From an uncultured Vicinamibacteraceae bacterium (lineage in GTDB: Bacteria; Acidobacteriota; Vicinamibacteria; Vicinamibacterales; UBA8438), in NCBI GenBank assembly GCA_964591245.1, contig CAZPZZ010000002.1:2896-66895 (forward strand): a DNA stretch of 64,000 nt. The letters run 5' to 3'. The position numbers and the translations under genes were made by a program. Numbering within the stretch: the first letter of the stretch is position 1; each line of letters begins with the position of its first letter. The notes below the pieces were generated by a model. It worked only from the letters and a program-made list of their open reading frames with translations, ran no database searches and was not told the origin of the DNA. This document shows, in pieces, positions 28,707-37,413 of this stretch.

Positions 28707-29567
28707 ATGGCTGACGAGGAACAGGTGGAAGTTGTCGGCGTGCTCGGTTGTGGGCTGATGGGTTCGGGGATCGCTCAGGTCTGTGCCCAAGCCGGGTATC
28801 GGACGATCGTGCGAGAGGTCGATCAAGGCGTGCTCGATGCTGGCATGGCCCGCATCGAAAAGTCATTGGGGGCTGGCATTGATCGTGGCACGCTGGCCCC
28901 AGAGGCACGTGATGCGGCGATGGGGCGATTGCACCCCACCACAAGCTTCGAATCTTTCGCGGCTTGTACAATCGTTGTAGAAGCAATTGTCGAGAACGTG
29001 GACGCCAAGCGTTCTGCGTTTGCTGCGCTGGAAGACGTTGTGGGGGCGGAGACGGTATTCTGCTCGAATACGTCTTCGGTCTGCATCACCGAACTAGCCA
29101 GTGCGACAAGGCGACCGCACAAGTTCGCCGGCTTGCACTTTTTTAATCCTGTGCCCATCATGCCCCTGGTCGAGGTCATCCGTGGGCTCGCCACGGACGA
29201 TGGGACTTACGACCGCGTCGTGACGTTCGCAGAGTCCCTGGGGAAGCAGGCCGTAACCGCACCGGACCGGCCGGGGTTTATCGTGAACCGGCTGCTCATT
29301 CCATATTTATTGAGTGCAATCAGGGCCTACGAGAATGGGTGTGGCACGCTAGAAGATATCGACATTGCGATGACTCAGGGATGCGGGCATCCCATGGGAC
29401 CGTTTCGGCTCGCCGATTTTATCGGCCTCGACACGACCCATTACATTGCAGACATCATGTATCAGGAGTTTCGCGATCCAGCCTATGCGTCTCCGCCTCT
29501 CTTGAAGCGGTTGGTGTTGGCTGGGCGGTTGGGACGTAAGAGTGGTCATGGCTTCTACCAGTATTAA
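28707..29567 (+). CDS. 3-hydroxyacyl-CoA / 3-hydroxybutyryl-CoA dehydrogenase
   Basis: [16 protein letters not shown] is the NAD-binding GxGxx[27 protein letters not shown] and [16 protein letters not shown] are further signatures. Start at ATG 28707 ([11 protein letters not shown]). Confidence 0.85.
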   Translation: MADEEQVEVVGVLGCGLMGSGIAQVCAQAGYRTIVREVDQGVLDAGMARIEKSLGAGIDRGTLAPEARDAAMGRLHPTTSFESFAACTIVVEAIVENVDAKRSAFAALEDVVGAETVFCSNTSSVCITELASATRRPHKFAGLHFFNPVPIMPLVEVIRGLATDDGTYDRVVTFAESLGKQAVTAPDRPGFIVNRLLIPYLLSAIRAYENGCGTLEDIDIAMTQGCGHPMGPFRLADFIGLDTTHYIADIMYQEFRDPAYASPPLLKRLVLAGRLGRKSGHGFYQY

Positions 29568-30201
29568 TCCATCTGCTTCGGTATTGGACGCGAACCCGAT
29601 CGAGGGAGTGCTCTCCGAGGCGGTTCGTGTTTTGGTTCGTGAGCTTGGTGAAGATCCCACGCGCGAGGGATTGGCGAAGACACCAGATCGCGTCGCGAAA
29701 TCGCTTCGTTTTCTGACGAGCGGTTACGAGCAAGACATCGACGCAGTTATTAATGATGCGCTATTCACTGTGGACTACAGTGAGATGGTCATTGTGAAAG
29801 ACATTGACTTCTATAGTCTCTGTGAACATCATCTCTTGCCTTTTTTCGGCCGATGTCACATTGCCTATCTCCCGCGAGATCGGGTCATTGGCTTGAGCAA
29901 GCTTCCCCGCCTGGTCGAGGTATTCAGCCGGCGGTTGCAGGTGCAAGAGCGCTTGACGAATCAGATCGCGGAGACAGTTGTAGACAAACTGAACCCCCTG
30001 GGGGTTGCGGTTGTTGTGGAAGCGACTCATTTGTGCATGGCGATGCGAGGCGTTGAGAAGCAGAATTCTGTCGCATTGACACATGCGATGCGTGGGGTAT
30101 TCCAGGAAGATCCCGCTGTCCGCAGGGAATTTCTGGATATGCTTCAGCGGAGACACGCCGGAACGACGCTTTCGAGGTCTCTGGAATCGTTTCATGAATA
30201 G
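29542..30201 (+). CDS. folE: GTP cyclohydrolase I (FolE type 1)
   Basis: [60 protein letters not shown] and [15 protein letters not shown] are FolE signatures. The alternative start ATG 29548 is equally possible. Either start overlaps the end of the upstream dehydrogenase gene. Confidence 0.9.
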   Translation: MVMASTSINPSASVLDANPIEGVLSEAVRVLVRELGEDPTREGLAKTPDRVAKSLRFLTSGYEQDIDAVINDALFTVDYSEMVIVKDIDFYSLCEHHLLPFFGRCHIAYLPRDRVIGLSKLPRLVEVFSRRLQVQERLTNQIAETVVDKLNPLGVAVVVEATHLCMAMRGVEKQNSVALTHAMRGVFQEDPAVRREFLDMLQRRHAGTTLSRSLESFHE

Positions 30202-30814
30202 GTGTCTGATGCGCTCTCTATCTCGTCACGTGGTAGTGGTGGGTAGCGTCGTGAGCCTCAGCGTGGCCCTGTTAGATGCGCAGTCGCGTCGGGTTGAGGC
30301 GGTTGAAGTCCAGTGTCCGTCTGAACTTGGAGTTGGGGTTGAGACCAACTTCAATTTTTGCGATGTGTTGATCGGGGATGAGATCGCCGACGGGATTCTT
30401 TTGCTTCTTCCGCCACATCGCGGTCCCGCCACGGTTACCTTTTCCCTGCACGGTCGACATACCTATTCAGAGGATGACGTTGCCCGTGGTCGTGGTTATG
30501 CGAGGTACCTGGCGCGCGCAGCCGTCGCGACCAGTGAGGCCGTGTTGTCACGTCCGGTCGCACTTGCCGAATTTCATGGCCCGATGAATCTTTTTGATCG
30601 GATCGGCGGTGGGGCTGGGCCAGGCGGTTTGAAAGCAGTCGCGCCGGTCGGAAATGAAGAGATTCGGGTGACGGTTCCCTCGAATGTTACGGAGATCAGT
30701 ATCGTCGGGCTTGAGCTTGAGGTGCAGCGAGTCGATGGCGTGCAGTCGTACACGGCGGAGGGGCGCCCCATCGCATTGATCAGTAACGCGCAGGTCGACT
30801 ATCGGGCGAGGTGA
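30194..30814 (+). CDS. Exported hypothetical protein
   Basis: The ATG overlaps the folE stop. A signal-like N-terminus is present: [27 protein letters not shown] recognise no motif. Confidence 0.45.
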   Translation: MNRCLMRSLSRHVVVVGSVVSLSVALLDAQSRRVEAVEVQCPSELGVGVETNFNFCDVLIGDEIADGILLLLPPHRGPATVTFSLHGRHTYSEDDVARGRGYARYLARAAVATSEAVLSRPVALAEFHGPMNLFDRIGGGAGPGGLKAVAPVGNEEIRVTVPSNVTEISIVGLELEVQRVDGVQSYTAEGRPIALISNAQVDYRAR

Positions 30815-30817
30815 AGA

Positions 30818-31876
30818 TTGGCGTCGGGGATGAATGAAGCACGGATTACAGGGGATCAGGTGAAGGATATCGTTGTCGTTGGAGCGGGGCCGGCGGGGTT
30901 GTCGGCGGCGATTGCCGCGAAGAAGATGGGGCTCGGCTGCACGGTATTCGAGCGCGGGGCGGTGGTGAATTCCATTCTGCATTTTCCCGTCAATATGGGC
31001 TTCTTTACGACGCCTGAGCTACTGGAACTTGGTGGGCTCCCGTTCGTGACACCTTACGAGAAACCGACGAGAGACGAGGCATTACGGTATTACCGCCGTG
31101 TCGTCGATGCGTATGAACTGGATGTGCAGTTAGGGTGGGACGTCCGGGGCATCACCCGCGAGTCTGGACGCGACGGTGAGGGCTGCCTCGCCGTAGAGAC
31201 GTATGAGCCGCAGGTGGGGGCGAGTCGGTGTCTCGCCCGGGCGGTGGTCGTGGCCGTGGGCGCGTACGAGCGACCCAATCTGCTCGGTGTGCCAGGTGAG
31301 GACCTGGCCCACGTGTCGCATTACTATACGGAAGCACATCCTTATTACCGCAAACGGGTTGTTGTTGTCGGTGGCAAGAACTCAGCCGCTGAAACAGCAC
31401 TTGAGCTCTTTCGGGCGGGCGTTGATGTGACGCTTGTGCACCGGCATGCCGAGCTCGGCAGTGGAATCAAATACTGGGTTCGGCCGGATATTGAAAATCG
31501 TATCAAGGAAGGCTCGATCCCCGCGTTGTTTGAGACGCGGGTCGTGGAGATTCATCCCAGGGCGGTCATCGTCGAACGTGAGGGGAAACGATGGGAGTTA
31601 CCAGCCGACGGAGTATTTTTGTTGACCGGTTATCACCCTGACGTCGAAATGTTAGCGCGATTCGGGATCGCCGTGGATCCTGAGACCATGGTTCCGTCAC
31701 ACGCTCCAGAGACCTACGAGACGAATGTGCCCAACCTGTTTCTCGCGGGGCAGGTGATTTCGGGTATTCATAGTGGCCAGATCTTCATCGAGAATGGGCG
31801 ATTTCATGGTGAGATGGTCGTCAAGGAGATCGCGCGTCGTCAGGCCTCGAATAATCAGACAAGCGTGACCGCATAG
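30818..31876 (+). CDS. YpdA-family FAD/NAD(P)-dependent disulfide reductase (putative bacillithiol disulfide reductase type)
   Basis: DIVVVGAGPAGLSAAIAAKKMGL...ERGAVVNSILHFPVNMGFFTTPELLELGGLPF aligns by eye with the Bacillus YpdA N-terminus. A second Rossmann motif, VVVVGGKNSAAETALEL, is present. The track start is TTG 30818, and ATG 30830 is an alternative. Confidence 0.7.
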   Translation: MASGMNEARITGDQVKDIVVVGAGPAGLSAAIAAKKMGLGCTVFERGAVVNSILHFPVNMGFFTTPELLELGGLPFVTPYEKPTRDEALRYYRRVVDAYELDVQLGWDVRGITRESGRDGEGCLAVETYEPQVGASRCLARAVVVAVGAYERPNLLGVPGEDLAHVSHYYTEAHPYYRKRVVVVGGKNSAAETALELFRAGVDVTLVHRHAELGSGIKYWVRPDIENRIKEGSIPALFETRVVEIHPRAVIVEREGKRWELPADGVFLLTGYHPDVEMLARFGIAVDPETMVPSHAPETYETNVPNLFLAGQVISGIHSGQIFIENGRFHGEMVVKEIARRQASNNQTSVTA

Positions 31877-31897
31877 AGTCCGCTCCGGCGACGGTTA

Positions 31898-32515
31898 CTA
31901 TTGGAACCCGGTTGGGGGCTGATGTATGAGTGCGTGCATTTCGATCAGCTCGATGAGTGACTCGGAACGGCTGATGATGTCTTCGCGTTCAAGAAGGGCC
32001 TGCTTTTCTACCGGTTCGAAGTCCAGGTACTGGGCCAAGGTGTTCACCAGATCTTCGTCGCCCATGTCTCCAGGTACCGCGGCTCCTCCTGGCATGTCGA
32101 GACGGCCTGCGAGGAGGTCTTCGAGGTGGCGGCGCGCCTGCCGCGCGGCGCCACGAGTCGTGTCCGTGGAGGGCTCAGGCAGGGGCTGGATCTGCGCACA
32201 TCGATACGGGTGCCCGTCCTGCTCTGTGATAACCCGGAACCGCTGAATTCCGCGCAAGATGATGTTCGAGCGGCCATCTTCCAACTTTTCTGCATGGCTG
32301 ATGAGCCCGGCGCACCCCACCTCATAGATTGGCGGCGGCTCTTCGATGTCGTCACGTCCACTCTTCAGAAGGACGATGCCGATAAGTCGGTCTCCCTTCA
32401 GCGCGTCCGCGAGCATTTCCTGGTAACGCGGTTCGAAGATGTGGAGCGGCAAGAATACCGACGGGAACAGTACCACGTTCGGTAGCGGAAAGAGCGGAAT
32501 GATTGATGGAAGCAT
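31898..32515 (-). CDS. Stand-alone LON substrate-binding (Lon N-terminal) domain protein
   Basis: IPLFPLPNVVLFPSVFLPLHIFEPRYQEML and the following IGIVLL...GCAGLI... segments are the Lon-N/PUA-like fold. The 205-aa protein has no AAA or protease domain. Confidence 0.8.
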   Translation of the reverse strand: MLPSIIPLFPLPNVVLFPSVFLPLHIFEPRYQEMLADALKGDRLIGIVLLKSGRDDIEEPPPIYEVGCAGLISHAEKLEDGRSNIILRGIQRFRVITEQDGHPYRCAQIQPLPEPSTDTTRGAARQARRHLEDLLAGRLDMPGGAAVPGDMGDEDLVNTLAQYLDFEPVEKQALLEREDIISRSESLIELIEMHALIHQPPTGFQ

Positions 32516-32528
32516 GCGCCGGGAAAAA

Positions 32529-33803
32529 TCAATGAATGGTTCGAGTTTTCTTGTCGAGAAAATCCATCAGGACGTAGCGGCCTAACGTGTGGGGCGTCGT
32601 GAAATACGCCTTTCCATGGCAGATCGAGGTTACACGTTTGACGAAGCTCACGAGGTCGTAGTCGCGGGCGAGCATGAAGGTATTGATGAGGATCCCGGCC
32701 TTTCGGCAGTTGGATACTTCAGCAAAGGTTTCTGCGATCACCCACGGGTCGAGTCCGAACGCGTTTCGATAGATCTGGCCATCGGACCGTGTGAGTGCAG
32801 ACGGTTTGCCGTCAGTGATCATGACGATCTGCCGCATTTCTCTCGGTTGTCGCTCGAGTAGTCGTCTGGCCAACCGCAACCCTTCCCGGGTATTGGTGTA
32901 GTAGGGGCCCACTCGCGCGCGTGCGAGCTGGCGAAGCGGAATTTCTTCCGCTGAATCGTGAAAAAGGACAACCTTGAGTGTGTCGCCGGGATACTGATGA
33001 CGTATCAAGTTGGCCAGGGCCAGTGCGACCCGTTTCGCGGGCGTGAAGCGGTCTTCGCCGTAGAGAATCATGCTGTGGCTGCAGTCGAGCATGAGCACCG
33101 TGGCGCAGGCACTTTGATACTCGCCTTGCGAGACCATCAAGTCCTCGTGTTCGACGTCAAGCCCGGGGCGGCCCACCGCATCTGGCCCGAGACGCTTGAC
33201 GGCATTTAGCACTGTGGCACTGGCGTCGAGGTTCAGCGTGTTTCCGAATTCATAGGCTTTCGGGGCGCCGCTGGTTTCCACGCCGGTGGCGACGTCTCTG
33301 GTGTCATGGCGCCCCAGTGTGCTGTGTCCGACTGAACCAAGTAGATCGCGTAGAGCTCGGTAGCCGAGGAAGTCGAGGCCTTTATCGGTGACCTCGAAGC
33401 GCATTGGTGGCCCATCGCGTTCTTCTGTTCCCTGTCCTTCCCGATGACGTTGTTCGGCCTCGAGGTCCGGATGGCGTGTGATGTAGCCGTGATCGGCCAT
33501 CTTTTCGATCAGTTGCTGGATCAATTGCTCGAGGGAGGATGGGCCATCCACGTCGGCCGGATCGCCAAGCAGCTGAGATACCGTGCTGTCCGGTAGGAGG
33601 CCGTCGTTCAGCAGTGCCTCGAGAATCGCATCATGCAGTGCTTGTTCGGATCGTTCGTTCGGGTTGTCGAACGCATCATCGGATTGGCCGGACGCGTTGC
33701 CGAATCCGCTGTCAAGCAGGAGCTGGGACAGCTTCGAGACGAGTTCTTCCAGGTCGATGCCGTCAAGGTCGTCACCCGTGTAGCGGGTGTAGCGGTATTT
33801 CAT
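32529..33803 (-). CDS. VWA domain-containing protein with intact MIDAS motif
   Basis: The C-terminal half carries [10 protein letters not shown] (DxSxS) and [11 protein letters not shown]. The N-terminus ([21 protein letters not shown]) resembles VWA partners of ChlI/MoxR-like ATPases. Confidence 0.8.
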   Translation of the reverse strand: MKYRYTRYTGDDLDGIDLEELVSKLSQLLLDSGFGNASGQSDDAFDNPNERSEQALHDAILEALLNDGLLPDSTVSQLLGDPADVDGPSSLEQLIQQLIEKMADHGYITRHPDLEAEQRHREGQGTEERDGPPMRFEVTDKGLDFLGYRALRDLLGSVGHSTLGRHDTRDVATGVETSGAPKAYEFGNTLNLDASATVLNAVKRLGPDAVGRPGLDVEHEDLMVSQGEYQSACATVLMLDCSHSMILYGEDRFTPAKRVALALANLIRHQYPGDTLKVVLFHDSAEEIPLRQLARARVGPYYTNTREGLRLARRLLERQPREMRQIVMITDGKPSALTRSDGQIYRNAFGLDPWVIAETFAEVSNCRKAGILINTFMLARDYDLVSFVKRVTSICHGKAYFTTPHTLGRYVLMDFLDKKTRTIH

Positions 33804-33868
33804 GTGATTCGAACTCTTGATCGCAAATTGTTTGTTTCGTTCGAACGGTCAACAGCGCTCCAGAGCGA

Positions 33869-35407
33869 TTAGTTGTAGTACTTTTTCTTACCCGGTGGAA
33901 CTTGAATCTCCGTCTCGAAGAGTTGTTCCGCCGTCGGTGTAGTTCGCCGTACCCGTTTTTTCTTTGTGGCACGATATTGCCATTCGTCTGTCCGGCTGAT
34001 CTTCTTCTGGGCACAGAGCCCCTCGATGACGAATTCAATGGCCGAGGCCCGCGCCGAAGTCGGCGCTTCGGCGGCGATGCCCGCATGCGTTGAGAGCTCG
34101 TGCAGGCCCTGTACTTGCTCGGTTTGGGCGAGGAGTTCCTCCGAGGGGGTGCCGTCCCCCAGCGCGAGTGTGCCTCCAAGGTCGAACCATTCCACGATCT
34201 GGTCGGTGTCGACTTCGCCATACCATCCGTCGAAGACGTGACCGACGGCCGTGCGGACGACCTCCCGCGCTATGGTACCGGCGCCTTGGAGTTCTCCTTC
34301 ATATTCGAGTTCGAGTTTGCCCGTGATCGAGGGGAGCGCCGCATAAATATCTGCCGTTCGAACGACCGCCGGCGACTCACCGCTGATCAACGCGCGTCGT
34401 TCGGAATTGGAGACCGCATTCTCGAGACACGTGATCGGTAGCCGCTGGCTCACCCCCGAGCGTTTGTCAATCTTGGCGTGATCACGAGCGACGAACGCGA
34501 CCTCTTCGACGATTTCACGTATGTAGGAAGGAATTTGTGTCTCGTTTTGGCCTGTTGCTGCTGCACTCCGGTCGGTCCATGCTTCCTGGGTTGTGATGGC
34601 CAAACCTGCTTGCCGTGTTTGTGGATAATGAGTCTGAATTTCTGCGCCCATTCGGTCCTTGAGGGGGGTCACGATTTTGCCGCGCGCAGTGTAGTCCTCG
34701 GGGTTGGCCGTGAACGCCATGACCACGTCGAGGGGCAGGCGGATTGGATAGCCTTTAATCTGTACATCACCCTCTTGGAGGATGTTGAAAAGGCCTACCT
34801 GGATCTTGCCGGCGAGATCCGGAAGTTCGTTCACGGCAAAGATGCTGCGGTTGGCCCTGGGGAGCAGGCCATAGTGGATCGTGAGTTCATCAGAGAGCTC
34901 GAGCCCAGCGCGAGCGGCTTTTATGGGATCCACGTCGCCGATCATGTCAGCGATCGTCACATCGGGCGTTGCCAGCTTTTCGATCAACCGGCGTTCACGA
35001 GGAAGCCAAGCGACAGGCATGTCGTCGCCTTCGTCCTCTGCACGTGCGCGACAGGCGCTGCACAGCGGGGCCAGTGGGTCATCGTTGATTTGACATCCAG
35101 GCACAACCGGGATGACTTCATCAAGCAGGGTGGTCAGGCCTCGTAGGATGCGCGTCTTGGCCTGACCACGGAGGCCCAGCAGGACGAAGTTGTGCTGAGC
35201 GAGCACCGCATTGGCGACCTGGGGAATGACCGTGTCGTCGTAGCCGACGATTCCTGGGAATAACGGTTGATGCTGGCTGAGCCTGTGCATCAAGTTTTCC
35301 CGCATTTCGAGTTTGACACTTCGGTGGGGGATTTGCCCCGCCTCAATGGCCTGACGAAGTTCTCCAACGCGTTCCGGTCGTGACATGGTTTCAATAGTAA
35401 GGTCCAC
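33869..35407 (-). CDS. ChlI/BchI-MCM-like AAA+ ATPase (often labelled Mg-chelatase-like or sigma54-interaction-domain protein)
   Basis: The P-loop GLRGQAKT is encoded at 35153-35176. The Walker-B-like IFAVNE is encoded at 34826-34843. The ChlI-like core FNILQEGDVQIKGYPIRLPLDVVMAFTANPED is present. The C-terminal ~200 aa are unassigned. Confidence 0.75.
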   Translation of the reverse strand: MDLTIETMSRPERVGELRQAIEAGQIPHRSVKLEMRENLMHRLSQHQPLFPGIVGYDDTVIPQVANAVLAQHNFVLLGLRGQAKTRILRGLTTLLDEVIPVVPGCQINDDPLAPLCSACRARAEDEGDDMPVAWLPRERRLIEKLATPDVTIADMIGDVDPIKAARAGLELSDELTIHYGLLPRANRSIFAVNELPDLAGKIQVGLFNILQEGDVQIKGYPIRLPLDVVMAFTANPEDYTARGKIVTPLKDRMGAEIQTHYPQTRQAGLAITTQEAWTDRSAAATGQNETQIPSYIREIVEEVAFVARDHAKIDKRSGVSQRLPITCLENAVSNSERRALISGESPAVVRTADIYAALPSITGKLELEYEGELQGAGTIAREVVRTAVGHVFDGWYGEVDTDQIVEWFDLGGTLALGDGTPSEELLAQTEQVQGLHELSTHAGIAAEAPTSARASAIEFVIEGLCAQKKISRTDEWQYRATKKKRVRRTTPTAEQLFETEIQVPPGKKKYYN

Positions 35408-35437
35408 GCGAACAACGGCGATAGCTATTTCGTGTGT

Positions 35438-37159
35438 TCACGGATTCGGTCTGTTCAGGGAATCAATCGAAACGAAGCGGGGTTGGATGTCGATGGGAAT
35501 GTGATCCAGCCGATTCAGCACCTGCTGTACTTCTGGACGAATGACGCCGCGGGTTTCCAGTAGCCGTTCGGCTGCTGCGATGTCACCGGTAGCCTGGATG
35601 GTCATGAGTTCGCTGGTCAAATTCCGTACCGCGTTGCGAATTCTCCCATGGTCGACACCGAACCGACCATCGCTATCGACGGTCACAGCCCCCGCGTCGA
35701 GAAAACTGTTGAGTTGAATGGCGACGCCTCGACCGTGTGCTTCATTGATGCCGAATCGGAGGGACCGAAAGGTAGATGCGAGAAATGTCGTGTAGATGCT
35801 GCGTTCTAGTCGTTGGTCGACGATACCCTGATCGAGAAGCTTGTGTAACGCCCAAAGGCCGGAGATGTCCGCTTTGGCTTCCTCGATGGTGCTGTGGGTC
35901 TCTTGCAGTTCCTGGCGCACAGTAGTTTCTTCGCCATTCACGGTGATGGTGCCAGGGCCAAGTCCGTGCATGAGTTCATGCATCAGTATGTGGGTGAAGA
36001 AGGCCTCGAATGAGACTTCTTCGCGTTCCGCGGGCCGAAGCGCCACCGCTGAAATCGGCGTAAGCACGCGTTCGAATTTCGCTTCTTGCATGTTCTTCAA
36101 CATGACTCGCTTGGAGCCTTTTTCTCGGACGACCCGTTCGTCGTTCGGAAGGTTGAAGGCTGCGGTCTGCACCCCGCTATTTGCATCTCCCGCGGTGAAG
36201 AGAACGTTGACGACGCGTATTGGGGCGAGGGACCCTAGGGCTGAATTACGGAAGGCAGGGGCGAGCGGGAGGCTGTCTTCAAGAGCCTGAAGGTGCGTTC
36301 CGAAGCGTTGGAGATTCGCCGTCTCGGTGTCGTCGCGTAGGGTTACGAATGCTTCGAAGGCGGCCTTGTAGTTGAACCACAGGTCTTCGTAAACCTCATA
36401 GGGACCGATCGTGAGCTCAATCGAGGCGTCGAGTTCCATCCACGCCACGTCGCTCTCGTAATAGTCATTGGAGAGAAATGCGTCGGCGCGTGTTTCGAGG
36501 TAGCGTTGGAGTGTTGGTTGAGTCGTTACTCGGGCGGCTGCCTGCAGGTGGTTGGCCGCCAGCGCGAGGGGGCCCTGATATTCGACGCTGTAGGGGACGC
36601 TGATGAGTCCGCGAATTGGGTCCCGTCTGATCGTGGTGAAGAATCCCGTAGCCGCGTCTTGAACGCTGGGTGGTAGCGTGTCGAACCAGGCTGCAACCTC
36701 TTCCCTGGTTGCATCCCCTGGATAGAAATTCCCCGCGTCTGGTTTCGGTGGCGCACCGGGTATGAAGGCGCGGTTATTCTCGATACGGGACCAAGGCCCC
36801 TTGTTGAGTAGAAAGAACCCCAGGCGAGCCTGACCCGCCGCGGTCGTGTCGCCAAGTAGGGTGAGGACCATCGACGGATTTCCCGCCCAGACCTGCTGGA
36901 GGAAAAGGCCGTCCATGACGCGGGCTGCCTCCACGATGTGTCGAAGCGCTTCGAGTTCGGAATCGTCAAGCGTCGAGAGATCTGCGCCTATGTCGACCGG
37001 CGCGAACAGTCGCGTCATCGTTGCTCCCTGGATGGTACCCTGGTAGCGTCCTGCTGCCGGCGCTCCGGCGGTGAGCATGAGCGCTGTGATCACGGTCAGA
37101 AGATAGGCGGCGGCGGCGTGGTCGGTTCGTTTTTGCTCGAGCATCTGACGGTCTCCCAC
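35438..37159 (-). CDS. Exported M49 (dipeptidyl-peptidase III)-like zinc metallopeptidase
   Basis: The hydrophobic N-terminus AAAAYLLTVITALMLTAGAPAAG looks like a signal peptide or anchor. The zinc motifs are HELMHGLGP and, downstream, EEAKADISG. These parallel the two DPP III motifs HExxGH and EExxAE. Confidence 0.65.
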   Translation of the reverse strand: MGDRQMLEQKRTDHAAAAYLLTVITALMLTAGAPAAGRYQGTIQGATMTRLFAPVDIGADLSTLDDSELEALRHIVEAARVMDGLFLQQVWAGNPSMVLTLLGDTTAAGQARLGFFLLNKGPWSRIENNRAFIPGAPPKPDAGNFYPGDATREEVAAWFDTLPPSVQDAATGFFTTIRRDPIRGLISVPYSVEYQGPLALAANHLQAAARVTTQPTLQRYLETRADAFLSNDYYESDVAWMELDASIELTIGPYEVYEDLWFNYKAAFEAFVTLRDDTETANLQRFGTHLQALEDSLPLAPAFRNSALGSLAPIRVVNVLFTAGDANSGVQTAAFNLPNDERVVREKGSKRVMLKNMQEAKFERVLTPISAVALRPAEREEVSFEAFFTHILMHELMHGLGPGTITVNGEETTVRQELQETHSTIEEAKADISGLWALHKLLDQGIVDQRLERSIYTTFLASTFRSLRFGINEAHGRGVAIQLNSFLDAGAVTVDSDGRFGVDHGRIRNAVRNLTSELMTIQATGDIAAAERLLETRGVIRPEVQQVLNRLDHIPIDIQPRFVSIDSLNRPNP

Positions 37160-37413
37160 GTGCGCCGGTTGACGGCGACGCGACGATGCATCCCGTGCGT
37201 CGTCTGTACATCATCATGAAACGACTGGCACAAGGAAGGCAAGAAAACGGACTTGTTACACTGTGTCGGAAGGGCGCGGGGAAGTGGCAGATGTCGGCTA
37301 CGCGAGGTGTCTCGTGGGTGAGTGGAGTTTTGGTCAGGCATGAGGTGGCCCCGCCGGGAGCGGAATGGCTCGGCTGGAATCCAGATTCCTGGGGTCCCTA
37401 GAGCGGAGCAGAT

